Source: Chitinispirillia bacterium (lineage in GTDB: Bacteria; Fibrobacterota; Chitinivibrionia; Chitinivibrionales; Chitinispirillaceae). From it: a DNA stretch of 64,000 nt. Of the stretch, positions 1 to 8,726 are shown piece after piece. Under the pieces are notes generated by a model. It was not told where the DNA came from, ran no database searches, and saw only the letters and a program-made list of their open reading frames with translations. Position 1 is the stretch's first letter; the number at the start of each line of letters is the position of its first letter. Location: the NCBI GenBank assembly GCA_009784115.1, contig WRCH01000002.1, positions 174-64,173 of the forward strand. The letters are read 5' to 3'. The position numbers and the translations under genes are program-made.

Positions 1-41
1 TCTTTTTAATGCACAAGTATTGTCTTAAATGTCAACAAAAG

Positions 42-75
42 CTGGCACATTTAAAGGTACCATTAAATGTGCCAG
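42..75. repeat. 34-bp near-perfect palindrome CTGGCACATTTAAAGGTACCATTAAATGTGCCAG; candidate serine-recombinase binding/crossover site
   Basis: Read directly. The two half-sites are symmetric around a central GGTACC. It lies about 230 bp upstream of the recombinase gene, and a second related copy sits at 135-168. Confidence 0.5.
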
Positions 76-134
76 TTTCCCAAAAGAGAAGATGCCGAAA
101 TTTGACAAAAAACGCCATTTTATGTATATTAAAG

Positions 135-168
135 TTGGAACAATTAAAGGTACCTTTAAATGTGCCAG
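135..168. repeat. Second, imperfect copy of the palindromic site (TTGGAACAATTAAAGGTACCTTTAAATGTGCCAG)
   Basis: The right half-site is identical to that of site 42-75 and the left half is degenerate. Centre-to-centre spacing is about 93 bp. Confidence 0.45.
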
Positions 169-308
169 CTTTAATTTTTGTCAACCAAAGCATTTACAGC
201 GTTTTTCATCTAAAAACATAAAAACCGTTACCTACCTTTTCCTGTTAAATTGTATAATACCTATTCTCAAACAGTTTAAACTATGACGGGAAAGGTAGAG
301 TTACAACC

Positions 309-935
309 ATGATTTACAGCTACATTCGCATTAGTACAGATAAGCAGACATTAAAAAACCAACGTTTTGAAATTGACGAGTTCTGCAGAAAAAACGGCAT
401 CAGCGTAGAAAAATGGATAAAAGAGACCATTTCGGGAACAAGAGAGCCGGATGAGCGCAAATTGGGCGGTTTGCTGTACAATTTGCAAAAAGGGGATATT
501 CTTATATGTTCTGAACTGGCGCGGCTTGGGCGTAATTTACTTATGATTATGTCAATACTTAATATGTGCATGACTAAGGGTGTACAGGTGTGGACTATTA
601 AGGACAATTACCGTTTGGGCAACGATATAAATTCAAAAGTTCTCGCTTTCGCTTTTGGTCTTTCAGCGGAAATTGAGCGTGATCTGATTTCACAGCGGAC
701 AAAAGAGGCTATAGCGCGTATAAAGGCGCAGGGTGATCATGTAGGCAGACCGCACGGCGCGAAGTCAAGTGAATTAAAGTTAACAGGTAAGGATAAACAG
801 ATAAGAAAAATGCTTGAACAACAAATATCAAAGACAAAAATAGCTGAAAAGTTGGGGGTATGCCGTACAACTTTGAGGAGGTTTTTGCGAGATCAGGAGC
901 TATTTCCTACGGGTTTAAATGAAACGGTTTGCTAA
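309..935 (+). CDS. Small serine recombinase (resolvase/invertase family)
   Basis: The N-terminus MIYSYIRISTDKQ matches the YxRxSTxxQ catalytic-serine motif. The size is about 200 aa and there is a C-terminal HTH (ISKTKIAEKLGVCRTTLRRFL). Confidence 0.85.
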   Translation: MIYSYIRISTDKQTLKNQRFEIDEFCRKNGISVEKWIKETISGTREPDERKLGGLLYNLQKGDILICSELARLGRNLLMIMSILNMCMTKGVQVWTIKDNYRLGNDINSKVLAFAFGLSAEIERDLISQRTKEAIARIKAQGDHVGRPHGAKSSELKLTGKDKQIRKMLEQQISKTKIAEKLGVCRTTLRRFLRDQELFPTGLNETVC

Positions 936-1026
936 CTCACGGCGCATGGGTCAAACTGAAAAAAACACAACACCTCTCTCAAAATGTATATTATCAGTAA
1001 TACGTAATACTAAAGGGGAGAGGTCT

Positions 1027-1839
1027 GTGGCAAAACTAAAATATAAGCTGACGAATGACATACTGTTCAAAATGTTGTTTGTTAGGAATCCGAATCTGCT
1101 TAAAAAATTTGCGGCAGCATTTTTGCACGTTCCAGTTACAAGCATTAAAAAGTTTGAGATAACGAATCCTGAGATGCCGCCGGCAATGATAGAAGATAAG
1201 TTTTGCCGTTTAGATATTACGATGAACGTAAACAATCAACTGATAGACTTGGAAGTTCAGGCGGCAGATGAGAAAGACTATCCCGACCGCTCACTGTTTA
1301 ACTGGGCGGTAATGTATTCGTCTGCGCTTGAAAGAGGAGAAGATTATATCATTTTACCGAAAGTAATAGTTGTCAGCATTTTGGGATTTCCGTTATTTAC
1401 CTGTAAAGAATTTCACAGCGAATTTGAGGTACTCGAAGTAAAGCGCCATGAGCGTTTAACCGACAAGCTGAATATGCACTACTTTGAATTACCAAAGTTG
1501 CCGAAAAATGTAATAGAGAGCAATCGTCCTGATGATTTAGATATATGGTTAGCGTTTTTCAACGCGAAAACAGAAGCGGATTTGAAAAAAGTAGAAGCAA
1601 TAGGGGGTGATATTATGAAAAAAGCAGTTAAGGCGTACAACACCGTTTCCACCACAAAAGAGTTTAAAGAACTATCGCGGATGCGTTTAAAGGCAAGCTG
1701 TAACGAAACGTATGCGCTTGCTAATGCAGAGCATAAAAGGTCAATAGAAATTGCGAAAGAGATGCTTACAAGTGGCATAGACGTAAACACAGTCGCAAAA
1801 TGTACAAAACTCACGGTTGATGAGGTTTTGAAGCTGTGA
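1027..1839 (+). CDS. Rpn-family recombination-promoting nuclease / PD-(D/E)XK putative transposase
   Basis: KLKYKLTNDILFKMLF is a typical N-terminus for this family, and CRLDITMNVNNQLIDLEVQ is the nuclease core. The ORF is open from 919, but GTG at 1027 follows a strong AAGGGGAG ribosome-binding site. Confidence 0.7.
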   Translation: MAKLKYKLTNDILFKMLFVRNPNLLKKFAAAFLHVPVTSIKKFEITNPEMPPAMIEDKFCRLDITMNVNNQLIDLEVQAADEKDYPDRSLFNWAVMYSSALERGEDYIILPKVIVVSILGFPLFTCKEFHSEFEVLEVKRHERLTDKLNMHYFELPKLPKNVIESNRPDDLDIWLAFFNAKTEADLKKVEAIGGDIMKKAVKAYNTVSTTKEFKELSRMRLKASCNETYALANAEHKRSIEIAKEMLTSGIDVNTVAKCTKLTVDEVLKL

Positions 1840-1878
1840 TGGAAATATAAGCAAGGACGAACAGGAACGCGCCTGATA

Positions 1879-1916
1879 CAGGAGCGCGGGGAGTTCCCGC
1901 GCCCTGCTCATTTTTC
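1879..1916 (+). terminator. Rho-independent terminator-like hairpin after the Rpn gene
   Basis: GC-rich stem CAGGAGCGCGGG / CCCGCGCCCTG followed by CTCATTTTTCTG. Confidence 0.55.
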
Positions 1917-2169
1917 TGTCCCCTGTTTTTATAAAAGCCTCTCATGACATTAATCTCAAAAACAAAACTGTTTTAAAAAATGTGTACGGGGGCCATAAAT
2001 TATTGTTATAGTGATTTTTTAGTGACGTGCCTAATTTGTACAAGTTTTAAAATTGTTGTATCTTATTGAAGATTAATGTGTTACTTAAACCACTCCGTTT
2101 GTGGAAGATAGTATTTTCTATATCTTTGTAATAATCAGGTCACTATTGTTTTAAGGAAAGTAGTTAAAA

Positions 2170-3450
2170 ATGAATTTTGTTGAAGAGCTGCGCTGGCGGG
2201 GAATGATTCACGATATTACTCCGGGTCTTGAGGAAAAACTATCTGTCCCGGTAGTTTCCGGATATGTGGGTTTTGACCCTACCGGTAAGTCTTTACACAT
2301 AGGACACATGATACCAATAATGCTCTTGGTGCATTTGCAGCGCTGCGGCCACAAACCCATTGCGCTTGTTGGAGGAGCCACAGGGATGATTGGAGATCCG
2401 TCCGGAAGATCTACCGAGCGCAATATGCTTTCGCCGGAAGAGGTCGCTTTTAATGTTAAATCTATCCGTAGTCAATTGGAAAAATTTCTGCAGTTTGACG
2501 ATACAAAAAACAGCGCGGAGATGACTAATAATTACGACTGGTTCAAGGATATAACACTGCTTGATTTTTTGAGTGAAGCGGGAAGACATCTTACCGTTAA
2601 CTATATGGCCGCTAAAGATTCTGTAAAGGGGCGCTGGGAACAGGGTATTTCATTTACTGAATTCAGCTATCAGCTTTTACAGGCTTACGATTTCTACTGG
2701 CTTTACAGGAACAAAAACTGCATCCTTCAAATCGGCGGATCAGATCAGTGGGGCAATATTACAAGCGGAACCGAACTTATAAGACGTAAAGTCAGCGGCG
2801 ATGCTTTTGCTCTCACTTGTCCGCTTCTTAAACGCTCAGACGGTAAAAAATTCGGCAAATCGGAAAGCGGAGAGTCTGTATGGTTAGATCCGCAGATGAC
2901 AAGCCCTTACAAGTTCTATCAGTATTGGCTGAACTGTACTGACGAAGACGCTCCAAAGCTGCTTCGCTTCTTTACGTTTATGGGTCAACAAAAGATTTTG
3001 GAACTCGAAAAACAACACGCAGCAGCTCCCCATGAACGCATTATGCAAAAGGCGCTTGCAAAGGACGTAACTACAAGAGTGCATTCTGCCGATGAGTGTC
3101 AAAAAGCGATTGAAGCCTCTGAAATACTTTTTGGTAAAGGTTCAACGGAAGCGCTTCAATCTCTATCCGAAGCAGATTTTCTATCGGTGTTTGAAGGCGT
3201 CCCTCAGGCGCAGATTTCTAAATCGGAATTGGACGCCGGGATACAGGTGCTTGATTTAACCGCGGAGAAGAGTAACTTTTTTCCTACCAAAGGCGAAGCC
3301 CGCCGTATGATTCAGCAGGGCGGTCTTTCCGTTAACAAAGCAAAGATTAGTGAACCGGCTTTTCAGATCAAATCAGATATGCTTCTTAATGGTAAATATC
3401 TATTGTTCCAAAAAGGCAAGAAAAGCTATTTCATTTTTAGTGCGGTTTAA
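2170..3450 (+). CDS. tyrS: Tyrosine--tRNA ligase
   Basis: HIGH motif (SLHIGHMIP), KMSKS-like KFGKSES, a C-terminal S4-like domain, 426 aa. Confidence 0.95.
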   Translation: MNFVEELRWRGMIHDITPGLEEKLSVPVVSGYVGFDPTGKSLHIGHMIPIMLLVHLQRCGHKPIALVGGATGMIGDPSGRSTERNMLSPEEVAFNVKSIRSQLEKFLQFDDTKNSAEMTNNYDWFKDITLLDFLSEAGRHLTVNYMAAKDSVKGRWEQGISFTEFSYQLLQAYDFYWLYRNKNCILQIGGSDQWGNITSGTELIRRKVSGDAFALTCPLLKRSDGKKFGKSESGESVWLDPQMTSPYKFYQYWLNCTDEDAPKLLRFFTFMGQQKILELEKQHAAAPHERIMQKALAKDVTTRVHSADECQKAIEASEILFGKGSTEALQSLSEADFLSVFEGVPQAQISKSELDAGIQVLDLTAEKSNFFPTKGEARRMIQQGGLSVNKAKISEPAFQIKSDMLLNGKYLLFQKGKKSYFIFSAV

Positions 3451-3501
3451 AACATTTAACAAAAAGTAAGATGGGGGATTGAGTTGACTCAACCCTAACC
3501 T

Positions 3502-4737
3502 CTATTCATATCTTAACGCCTCTATCGGATTCATCGCCGCGGCCCTTGACGAAGGGAACCACCCAAAAAACACACCTACAAAAACTGAGAATCCAAACCC
3601 TAAAAGCACCGCTCCAAAACTTACGGCGACCGGAAAATTTGTTATTGCCGATGCGGCAAACGCGACTAAAAATCCAAGCAGCATCCCCGCAATACCGCCC
3701 GCGCAGGAGAGCGTTACCGCTTCTATGAGAAACTGTGAGCGGATATCACGCCGCCTTGCGCCAAGCGCTTTACGGATGCCAATCTCCTTGATGCGTTCGG
3801 ATACTGAGACGAGCATGATATTCATGATGCCTATTCCGCCTACGACAAGCGACAGAGAGGTGACGCCGATCATAAGAGCGAAAACTCCTGATGTTATTGA
3901 GCGATATACATTAAGCAATTGCTCCGCGGTGTTGATTGCGAAATCATCAGGCGCATTAGGCACAAGACCGCGCCGTCTTCGCATAATGCTTGTTATCTGT
4001 CCTTTTAAATTCTCAATGACCTCCGCGTTTTGGGGCTGTACGAGGATGTTGACAGACTCAGTACTTTGCGTGGTAATCGGGCCGGAGAAATAGTGGATGT
4101 AGGATGTAATCGGGATAATAATAATATTGTCCCGGTCTGAGCCGAACGCTGTCCCTTTTTCTTCAAGCACGCCAACGACCGAAAAGTGCCGGCTGCCGAT
4201 TGCAAGCATTTGACCAATCGGATCACGCTCCGCGAAAAGCTCGCGGGCGATAGTCGCGCCTATCATAGCCACCATTCTCTGCTGATTCAAATCGATATCA
4301 AGTATCTGCCGTCCGGAAGTGATCCCAATATCCACAATAAGCTGATACTCAGGTACAGTCCCCACAAGTTCAACGCCGGTAAGTTCATTGCCCCTGAATC
4401 TCACAGACTGCGGTGATGATAACATGGGGGCGATATACTTCGCATAAGTAACGCTTGAACGAATCGCGTCTGCGTCGCCGATTGTAATATTTCTCCTCTT
4501 GCGCAGCTCATCTATGTCAAGACGCGCCATAGTCCAAGGCAATTTCTGAACGTAGAGCGTATTAGTACCAAGGGCGGCAAGCTGATTTGACACCATAGAA
4601 TTAAGTCCGTCAATAAACGAAAGCATCCCGATAACCGTCATCACCCCAATCATCACCCCAAGCGTAGTAAGCGCCGAGCGCAGTTTGTGCGCGCGGATGG
4701 TTGTGAGGGCAAGCCGAAGTGAGTCACGTAAATTCAT
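3502..4737 (-). CDS. ABC transporter permease, MacB/FtsX family
   Basis: The N-terminus LRLALTTIRAHKLRSALTTLGVMIGV, a large periplasmic domain and a C-terminal FtsX-type 3-TM module. It overlaps the upstream ATPase gene by 4 bp. Confidence 0.85.
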   Translation of the reverse strand: MNLRDSLRLALTTIRAHKLRSALTTLGVMIGVMTVIGMLSFIDGLNSMVSNQLAALGTNTLYVQKLPWTMARLDIDELRKRRNITIGDADAIRSSVTYAKYIAPMLSSPQSVRFRGNELTGVELVGTVPEYQLIVDIGITSGRQILDIDLNQQRMVAMIGATIARELFAERDPIGQMLAIGSRHFSVVGVLEEKGTAFGSDRDNIIIIPITSYIHYFSGPITTQSTESVNILVQPQNAEVIENLKGQITSIMRRRRGLVPNAPDDFAINTAEQLLNVYRSITSGVFALMIGVTSLSLVVGGIGIMNIMLVSVSERIKEIGIRKALGARRRDIRSQFLIEAVTLSCAGGIAGMLLGFLVAFAASAITNFPVAVSFGAVLLGFGFSVFVGVFFGWFPSSRAAAMNPIEALRYE

Positions 4738-5420
4738 AAATCCCCGCTCCCCTTATCGCTCTCTATCCCCCCATCCCGAATCGTTATTATACGCTTTGCG
4801 TGAACTGCTACATTTTTATCGTGGGTGACAAGGATAATCGTTTTGCCTTTAAGATGAAGATCGCTAAAAATTTTGAGTATCTCAACTCCTGTTGCGCTGT
4901 CAAGATTACCGGTTGGTTCATCCGCAAGAATAATGGGTGGATCGTTGACTAATGAACGTGCGATCGCTACTCTTTGACGCTCGCCGCCGGACATCTCATT
5001 TGGTCTATGAAAACTGCGGTGTGATAATTTTACCGCGCTAAGCGCGTTCATTGCGGTTTCGCGTCTTTTTTGCGGAGATACACCTGCGTAAAGCATAGGC
5101 AGTTCTACATTGCTGACTGCTGTCTCAGAAGCTAATAAATTAAATGTCTGAAAGACAAAACCAATGCTCCTGTTACGTATCGCAGCAAGATCATCTTCAC
5201 TCATGCCGAAAACAGAAGTGCCGTTAAGTGAATAGGCGCCGTTTGTCGGCAGATCGAGACAGCCGATAATATTCATTAAAGTTGACTTGCCGGAACCTGA
5301 CGGCCCCATTATGGAAACATACTCGCCTTTATCTATACAAAGAGATATATCACGCGCTGCCGCCACTTCCATCTCTCCCATGCGGTAGAGTTTATTCACA
5401 TGAGTGAGTTTAATAAGCAT
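4734..5420 (-). CDS. ABC transporter ATP-binding protein (MacB/LolD-type)
   Basis: Walker A GPSGSGKST, signature SGGERQRVAIARSL, Walker B ILADEPTGNLD. Confidence 0.9.
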   Translation of the reverse strand: MLIKLTHVNKLYRMGEMEVAAARDISLCIDKGEYVSIMGPSGSGKSTLMNIIGCLDLPTNGAYSLNGTSVFGMSEDDLAAIRNRSIGFVFQTFNLLASETAVSNVELPMLYAGVSPQKRRETAMNALSAVKLSHRSFHRPNEMSGGERQRVAIARSLVNDPPIILADEPTGNLDSATGVEILKIFSDLHLKGKTIILVTHDKNVAVHAKRIITIRDGGIESDKGSGDL

Positions 5421-5444
5421 ATCGCGTTTTCTGTCGCCTCTTTT

Positions 5445-6620
5445 TTAGCTTTTGACGGCAGTGCCGCTGCGCAGTTTTTGAAGTAAAGCGAAAGGGCCGC
5501 TTATTATCACTTCTGAAAGATTGAGGCCGGAGGTGATTTCAATATAATCTCTTCCGGCGATTCCTGTATTTACAGGTGCGAGATACGCCTTGCCGTGTTC
5601 GACGATGAACACGGCCTGAACCTCCGCTTGAAGCGGAGCGTCTTTAGGACGAAAACGCGGGGCAAGCTGCTCGACTGTTTTTGTAATTACAGATTGAATC
5701 GGAACCAAAAGCACGGTGTCGTGGCTTGCGGTAACGATATCCGCAAATGCGGTCATTCCCGGAAGTAAACCCGGAATGGAATCATTGATATTCACCTTAA
5801 TAAGAAAATTTACTACCCCGCCAACCGAACTGCCGTTGATAGGCGACATCGCAACTTCTGTCACCTCTCCGTCAAAAACGCTGTCAACGAACGCTTCAAT
5901 TGTCACAAACGCTCTCTGTTCGGTTCTGATTGATACTACATCTACCTCGCTTACCTCGCCATGTACCTGCATTCTTGACATATCGGCAATTGTCATAAGT
6001 ACAACGCCCGGAACATTCGGCAGTCCGATAACAACCTGCTCACCCTGCTCAACGCTAAGCTGAGTGACTGTACCGTCAATGGGAGAACTTATTGTGGTAC
6101 TTTCAAATTGATGGGTTGCCTGCTCAACCGCGGCGGCGGCCTCTTTTACCCGCGCCTGATCAAGCAGATACTGAGTTAGAGCGTTCTCATAATCCTGACG
6201 TGATATAAGATGCTTGGCAAAAAGCTCTTTGGCTCTATTATACATCGCTTTACTTTGAGCAAGCGCGGCTCGATTTAGCTGTAAGGAAGCTTCCGCTCTC
6301 GTGAGACTTGCGCGGTACTCTTGCTCGTCAAGCTGAAGCAGAAGTTCGCCTCGCTTTACAACCTGTCCCTCTGATACAGCGAGCTTCTCTATTGTTCCGG
6401 GGACTGCCGCTGAAATTTGTACAGACGTTGCCGCTTGTATAGTGCCTGAAGCAGAGACTGCTGCCGCTATATTTCCAAGGCTGACTTTTGAAAGCTCAAC
6501 TTGAGGACGGCGGTCGCCGCGGCCTATCATAAGCAAAATCATAAGTAATACCGCGCCGCTGACGCCGATCAATATTACTTTGCGCCGTTTACTCATCTTC
6601 TTAAAATCTATTCCAACCAT
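5445..6620 (-). CDS. Efflux periplasmic adaptor subunit (HlyD/MacA family)
   Basis: An N-terminal TM segment, a coiled-coil hairpin region and barrel-sandwich/beta-barrel motifs. It sits between the TolC and ABC genes. The start could instead be the internal Met at 6596. Confidence 0.8.
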   Translation of the reverse strand: MVGIDFKKMSKRRKVILIGVSGAVLLMILLMIGRGDRRPQVELSKVSLGNIAAAVSASGTIQAATSVQISAAVPGTIEKLAVSEGQVVKRGELLLQLDEQEYRASLTRAEASLQLNRAALAQSKAMYNRAKELFAKHLISRQDYENALTQYLLDQARVKEAAAAVEQATHQFESTTISSPIDGTVTQLSVEQGEQVVIGLPNVPGVVLMTIADMSRMQVHGEVSEVDVVSIRTEQRAFVTIEAFVDSVFDGEVTEVAMSPINGSSVGGVVNFLIKVNINDSIPGLLPGMTAFADIVTASHDTVLLVPIQSVITKTVEQLAPRFRPKDAPLQAEVQAVFIVEHGKAYLAPVNTGIAGRDYIEITSGLNLSEVIISGPFALLQKLRSGTAVKS

Positions 6621-7957
6621 TGCCCCATTATCCTCTCAAACGCCGCGGTTGCAATGTAGTAATCAACAAGCGCGGATATTGCCTGCTGCTGAGATTGGTT
6701 ATACGCAACCTGACTTTGCAGTAAGTTAAGTGACGAAGCAACGCCGAGCCTGAACTGCTCCTGAGTTAAGCGAAGCTCCTCCTCCGCAAGCGTTAAAAGC
6801 TGCGGCACCCATAAAAGCGCCTCTCTTGACGCGCGCAAAGCGCTGTAAGCAGTTTCAACATCCTGAACAAGCGCGCTTCGCGCGCTTCGCGTATTTGCCT
6901 CGGTAATGCGGGTCAGCGCCGCGGTTTCCCGCCTTTGACTATACCAGCCCAAGCGGTCAAAAATGTTCCAGCTCAACTGCGCTCCAACAATCCAAAACGC
7001 GTGATCCTGACCGTGAAAAGCGGGTGAGTTACCAAAAACATCCGGTGACGAATAGCCATAGCTGAACGTTCCGCTTAACACCGGCAGAATATTATACTTT
7101 GCCGCTCTATGGCTATTACTGCTAACCCTTTGGGACGCCTGTGCAAGAAGGTATGATGGGTTTGCGTTCAAAGCGCTTTGCAAAAGCGAATCAAAGTGAG
7201 GCAGTTCATCGCTTAAATCCGGAAAGTCAAGAACAGTATCAATAGACACCGGAGGCGGCAAGCCAATCATGCTCGCAAGAATATTACGTCCGTTTTCCAA
7301 ATTTTCCTGCGCGTTTATCATCTCAACTCTCTGCTGAATCGCTCCAACCTCTATACGCAAAAGTTCCGGCTTTGGTATAACTCCAAGGCGAAAACTCTCC
7401 TGTGCTATACGCACCTGTTCATCCATCTGCGCGACCGCCGACGCGGCTACAGCCGCGTTTCTATACATAACGATTAATATGTAATAGTACTGCTTTACAT
7501 TGAATACAAGATCTGCCATATCTCTGTCATACTGTGATTGAGCGATATTCTTTATATCGGAAAACGCGCCAAACTGTATAAAGGATGGAACGTTTACAAG
7601 AGGCTGAACAACTGTCACCGCTGTTTGAAAATTACCTGTTGATACATTTCTATCTATGAGCGGAAAATCCCCTGTTCCCTCCCCGGCAAGATCGTCAGGA
7701 ATATCTATGACCGGCTGAACCTGAGAGCTGTTTCTGGTGAGATCCGCGGACAAATTAACAAACGGGAGCATCTGCCCTGCAGTATTAAACAGCGGCGTAC
7801 GATTCTGAACACGCTCCGCTTCTATTCTGTAGGCTTGCGAACCGTTTATAAGAGCCGATTCAACGCATTGTCTCAGAGTTAACGGCTGATTTGCCTTTTC
7901 ATCCTGTGCTATTACAGAGAAAATACAGATAAAAACGATGCAAACCGGCTTTTTCAT
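6608..7957 (-). CDS. TolC-family outer membrane efflux protein
   Basis: A signal peptide and two repeated OEP-type halves, as the first gene of the efflux operon. Confidence 0.8.
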   Translation of the reverse strand: MKKPVCIVFICIFSVIAQDEKANQPLTLRQCVESALINGSQAYRIEAERVQNRTPLFNTAGQMLPFVNLSADLTRNSSQVQPVIDIPDDLAGEGTGDFPLIDRNVSTGNFQTAVTVVQPLVNVPSFIQFGAFSDIKNIAQSQYDRDMADLVFNVKQYYYILIVMYRNAAVAASAVAQMDEQVRIAQESFRLGVIPKPELLRIEVGAIQQRVEMINAQENLENGRNILASMIGLPPPVSIDTVLDFPDLSDELPHFDSLLQSALNANPSYLLAQASQRVSSNSHRAAKYNILPVLSGTFSYGYSSPDVFGNSPAFHGQDHAFWIVGAQLSWNIFDRLGWYSQRRETAALTRITEANTRSARSALVQDVETAYSALRASREALLWVPQLLTLAEEELRLTQEQFRLGVASSLNLLQSQVAYNQSQQQAISALVDYYIATAAFERIMGQWLE

Positions 7958-8142
7958 AGATATTTATATCCCATAATCAAAAGATGCAATAATCGCATAA
8001 ATAAAGGGAACAGCAATGGATATGCCGAAAACAAGGAACAGCGGCACAGTGTTTATCAAGACGCAAGCCAATATTTAATTGGTACTTCAATAAACGCAAT
8101 CATCTCATATTCAACGCGGCACAGATTATTTTTATACATATC

Positions 8143-8517
8143 AGGAGGATCGGGCAGCCGCCGCAAGTACGCTTGCGGAGGAAAGTCCGGGCACCGCAGG
8201 ACAGGATACCTTTTTACAGAGGGGCCCGCAAGGGTACGGAAAGTGCTGCAGAGAGAAGACCGCTCTTTTTAACTAAGGGGTGAGTTGTGAAAGGGCGGGG
8301 TAAGAGCCCGCCGCGCCGGTGTAAACCGGCGGCTGGTAAACCCTATCCGGTGCAAGGCCAAGCAGGCAGAGTTCCCCTTTACCGGGGTGGGAGTGGTTCC
8401 GCTCCTTTCTTTGCCGGGTAGGCCGCTCAATGTTTCAAAACGTGAGTTTTGAGGCCAGACAAATGGCTGCCTCTTCCGGTAACGGGAAAGACAGAACCCG
8501 GCTTACAGATCCTCCTC
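8143..8517 (+). ncRNA. rnpB: RNase P RNA, bacterial type A
   Basis: Contains the universally conserved P4 strands GAGGAAAGTCCGGGC and ACAGAACCCGGCTTA. The P1 helix is AGGAGGATC / GATCCTCCT, and the length is about 375 nt. Confidence 0.92.
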
Positions 8518-8528
8518 TTTTTATGATC

Positions 8529-8634
8529 TATTAAGGCGGCAGTTAAATGTCGCCACCTCCGGCACATCGACTGCACGAACCATCGTGAGGCCGCTGTACC
8601 GGAGGTTGCGGCATTTAACTGCCGGAGTAATATA
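8529..8634 (+). repeat. Structured repeat family B, copy B1 (about 105-nt extended hairpin)
   Basis: GGCAGTTAAATGTCGCCACCTCCGG pairs with CCGGAGGTTGCGGCATTTAACTGCC around the conserved core CACATCGACTGCACGAACCATCGTGAGGCCGCTGTA. Related copies are at 16516 and 60186. Confidence 0.85.
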
Positions 8635-8650
8635 ATGAATCATTATCCGA

Positions 8651-8707
8651 AATCCCCGGGTTAAAACCCGGGGCCGCAGGCTTGCACCCCTAAAGGGGTG
8701 CGGAAAA
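8651..8707 (+). repeat. Twin-hairpin repeat family C, copy C1
   Basis: CCCCGGGTTAAAACCCGGGG followed by GCACCCCTAAAGGGGTGC. Near-identical copies are at 24421 and 29160. Confidence 0.85.
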
Positions 8708-8726
8708 CAATAAGAAAGAATATATC

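Noticed and set aside
42-75. TGGCAC strings inside the palindromes, considered as sigma54 promoters.
   Set aside because: The spacing and -12 element do not fit (TGGCAC-ATTTA-AAGG has no GC at -12). The dyad symmetry points to a recombinase or regulator site.
9-286. ORFs 9-221 and 29-286 at the left edge.
   Set aside because: They overlap each other, are built from the two palindromic recombinase-type sites, and have no recognisable protein features. They are most likely non-coding.
1917-2169. A T-box leader upstream of tyrS.
   Set aside because: I could find no T-box consensus (AATTAGGGTGGTACCGCG-like) or specifier/antiterminator arrangement by eye. The gene context is Gram-negative, where T-boxes are not expected.
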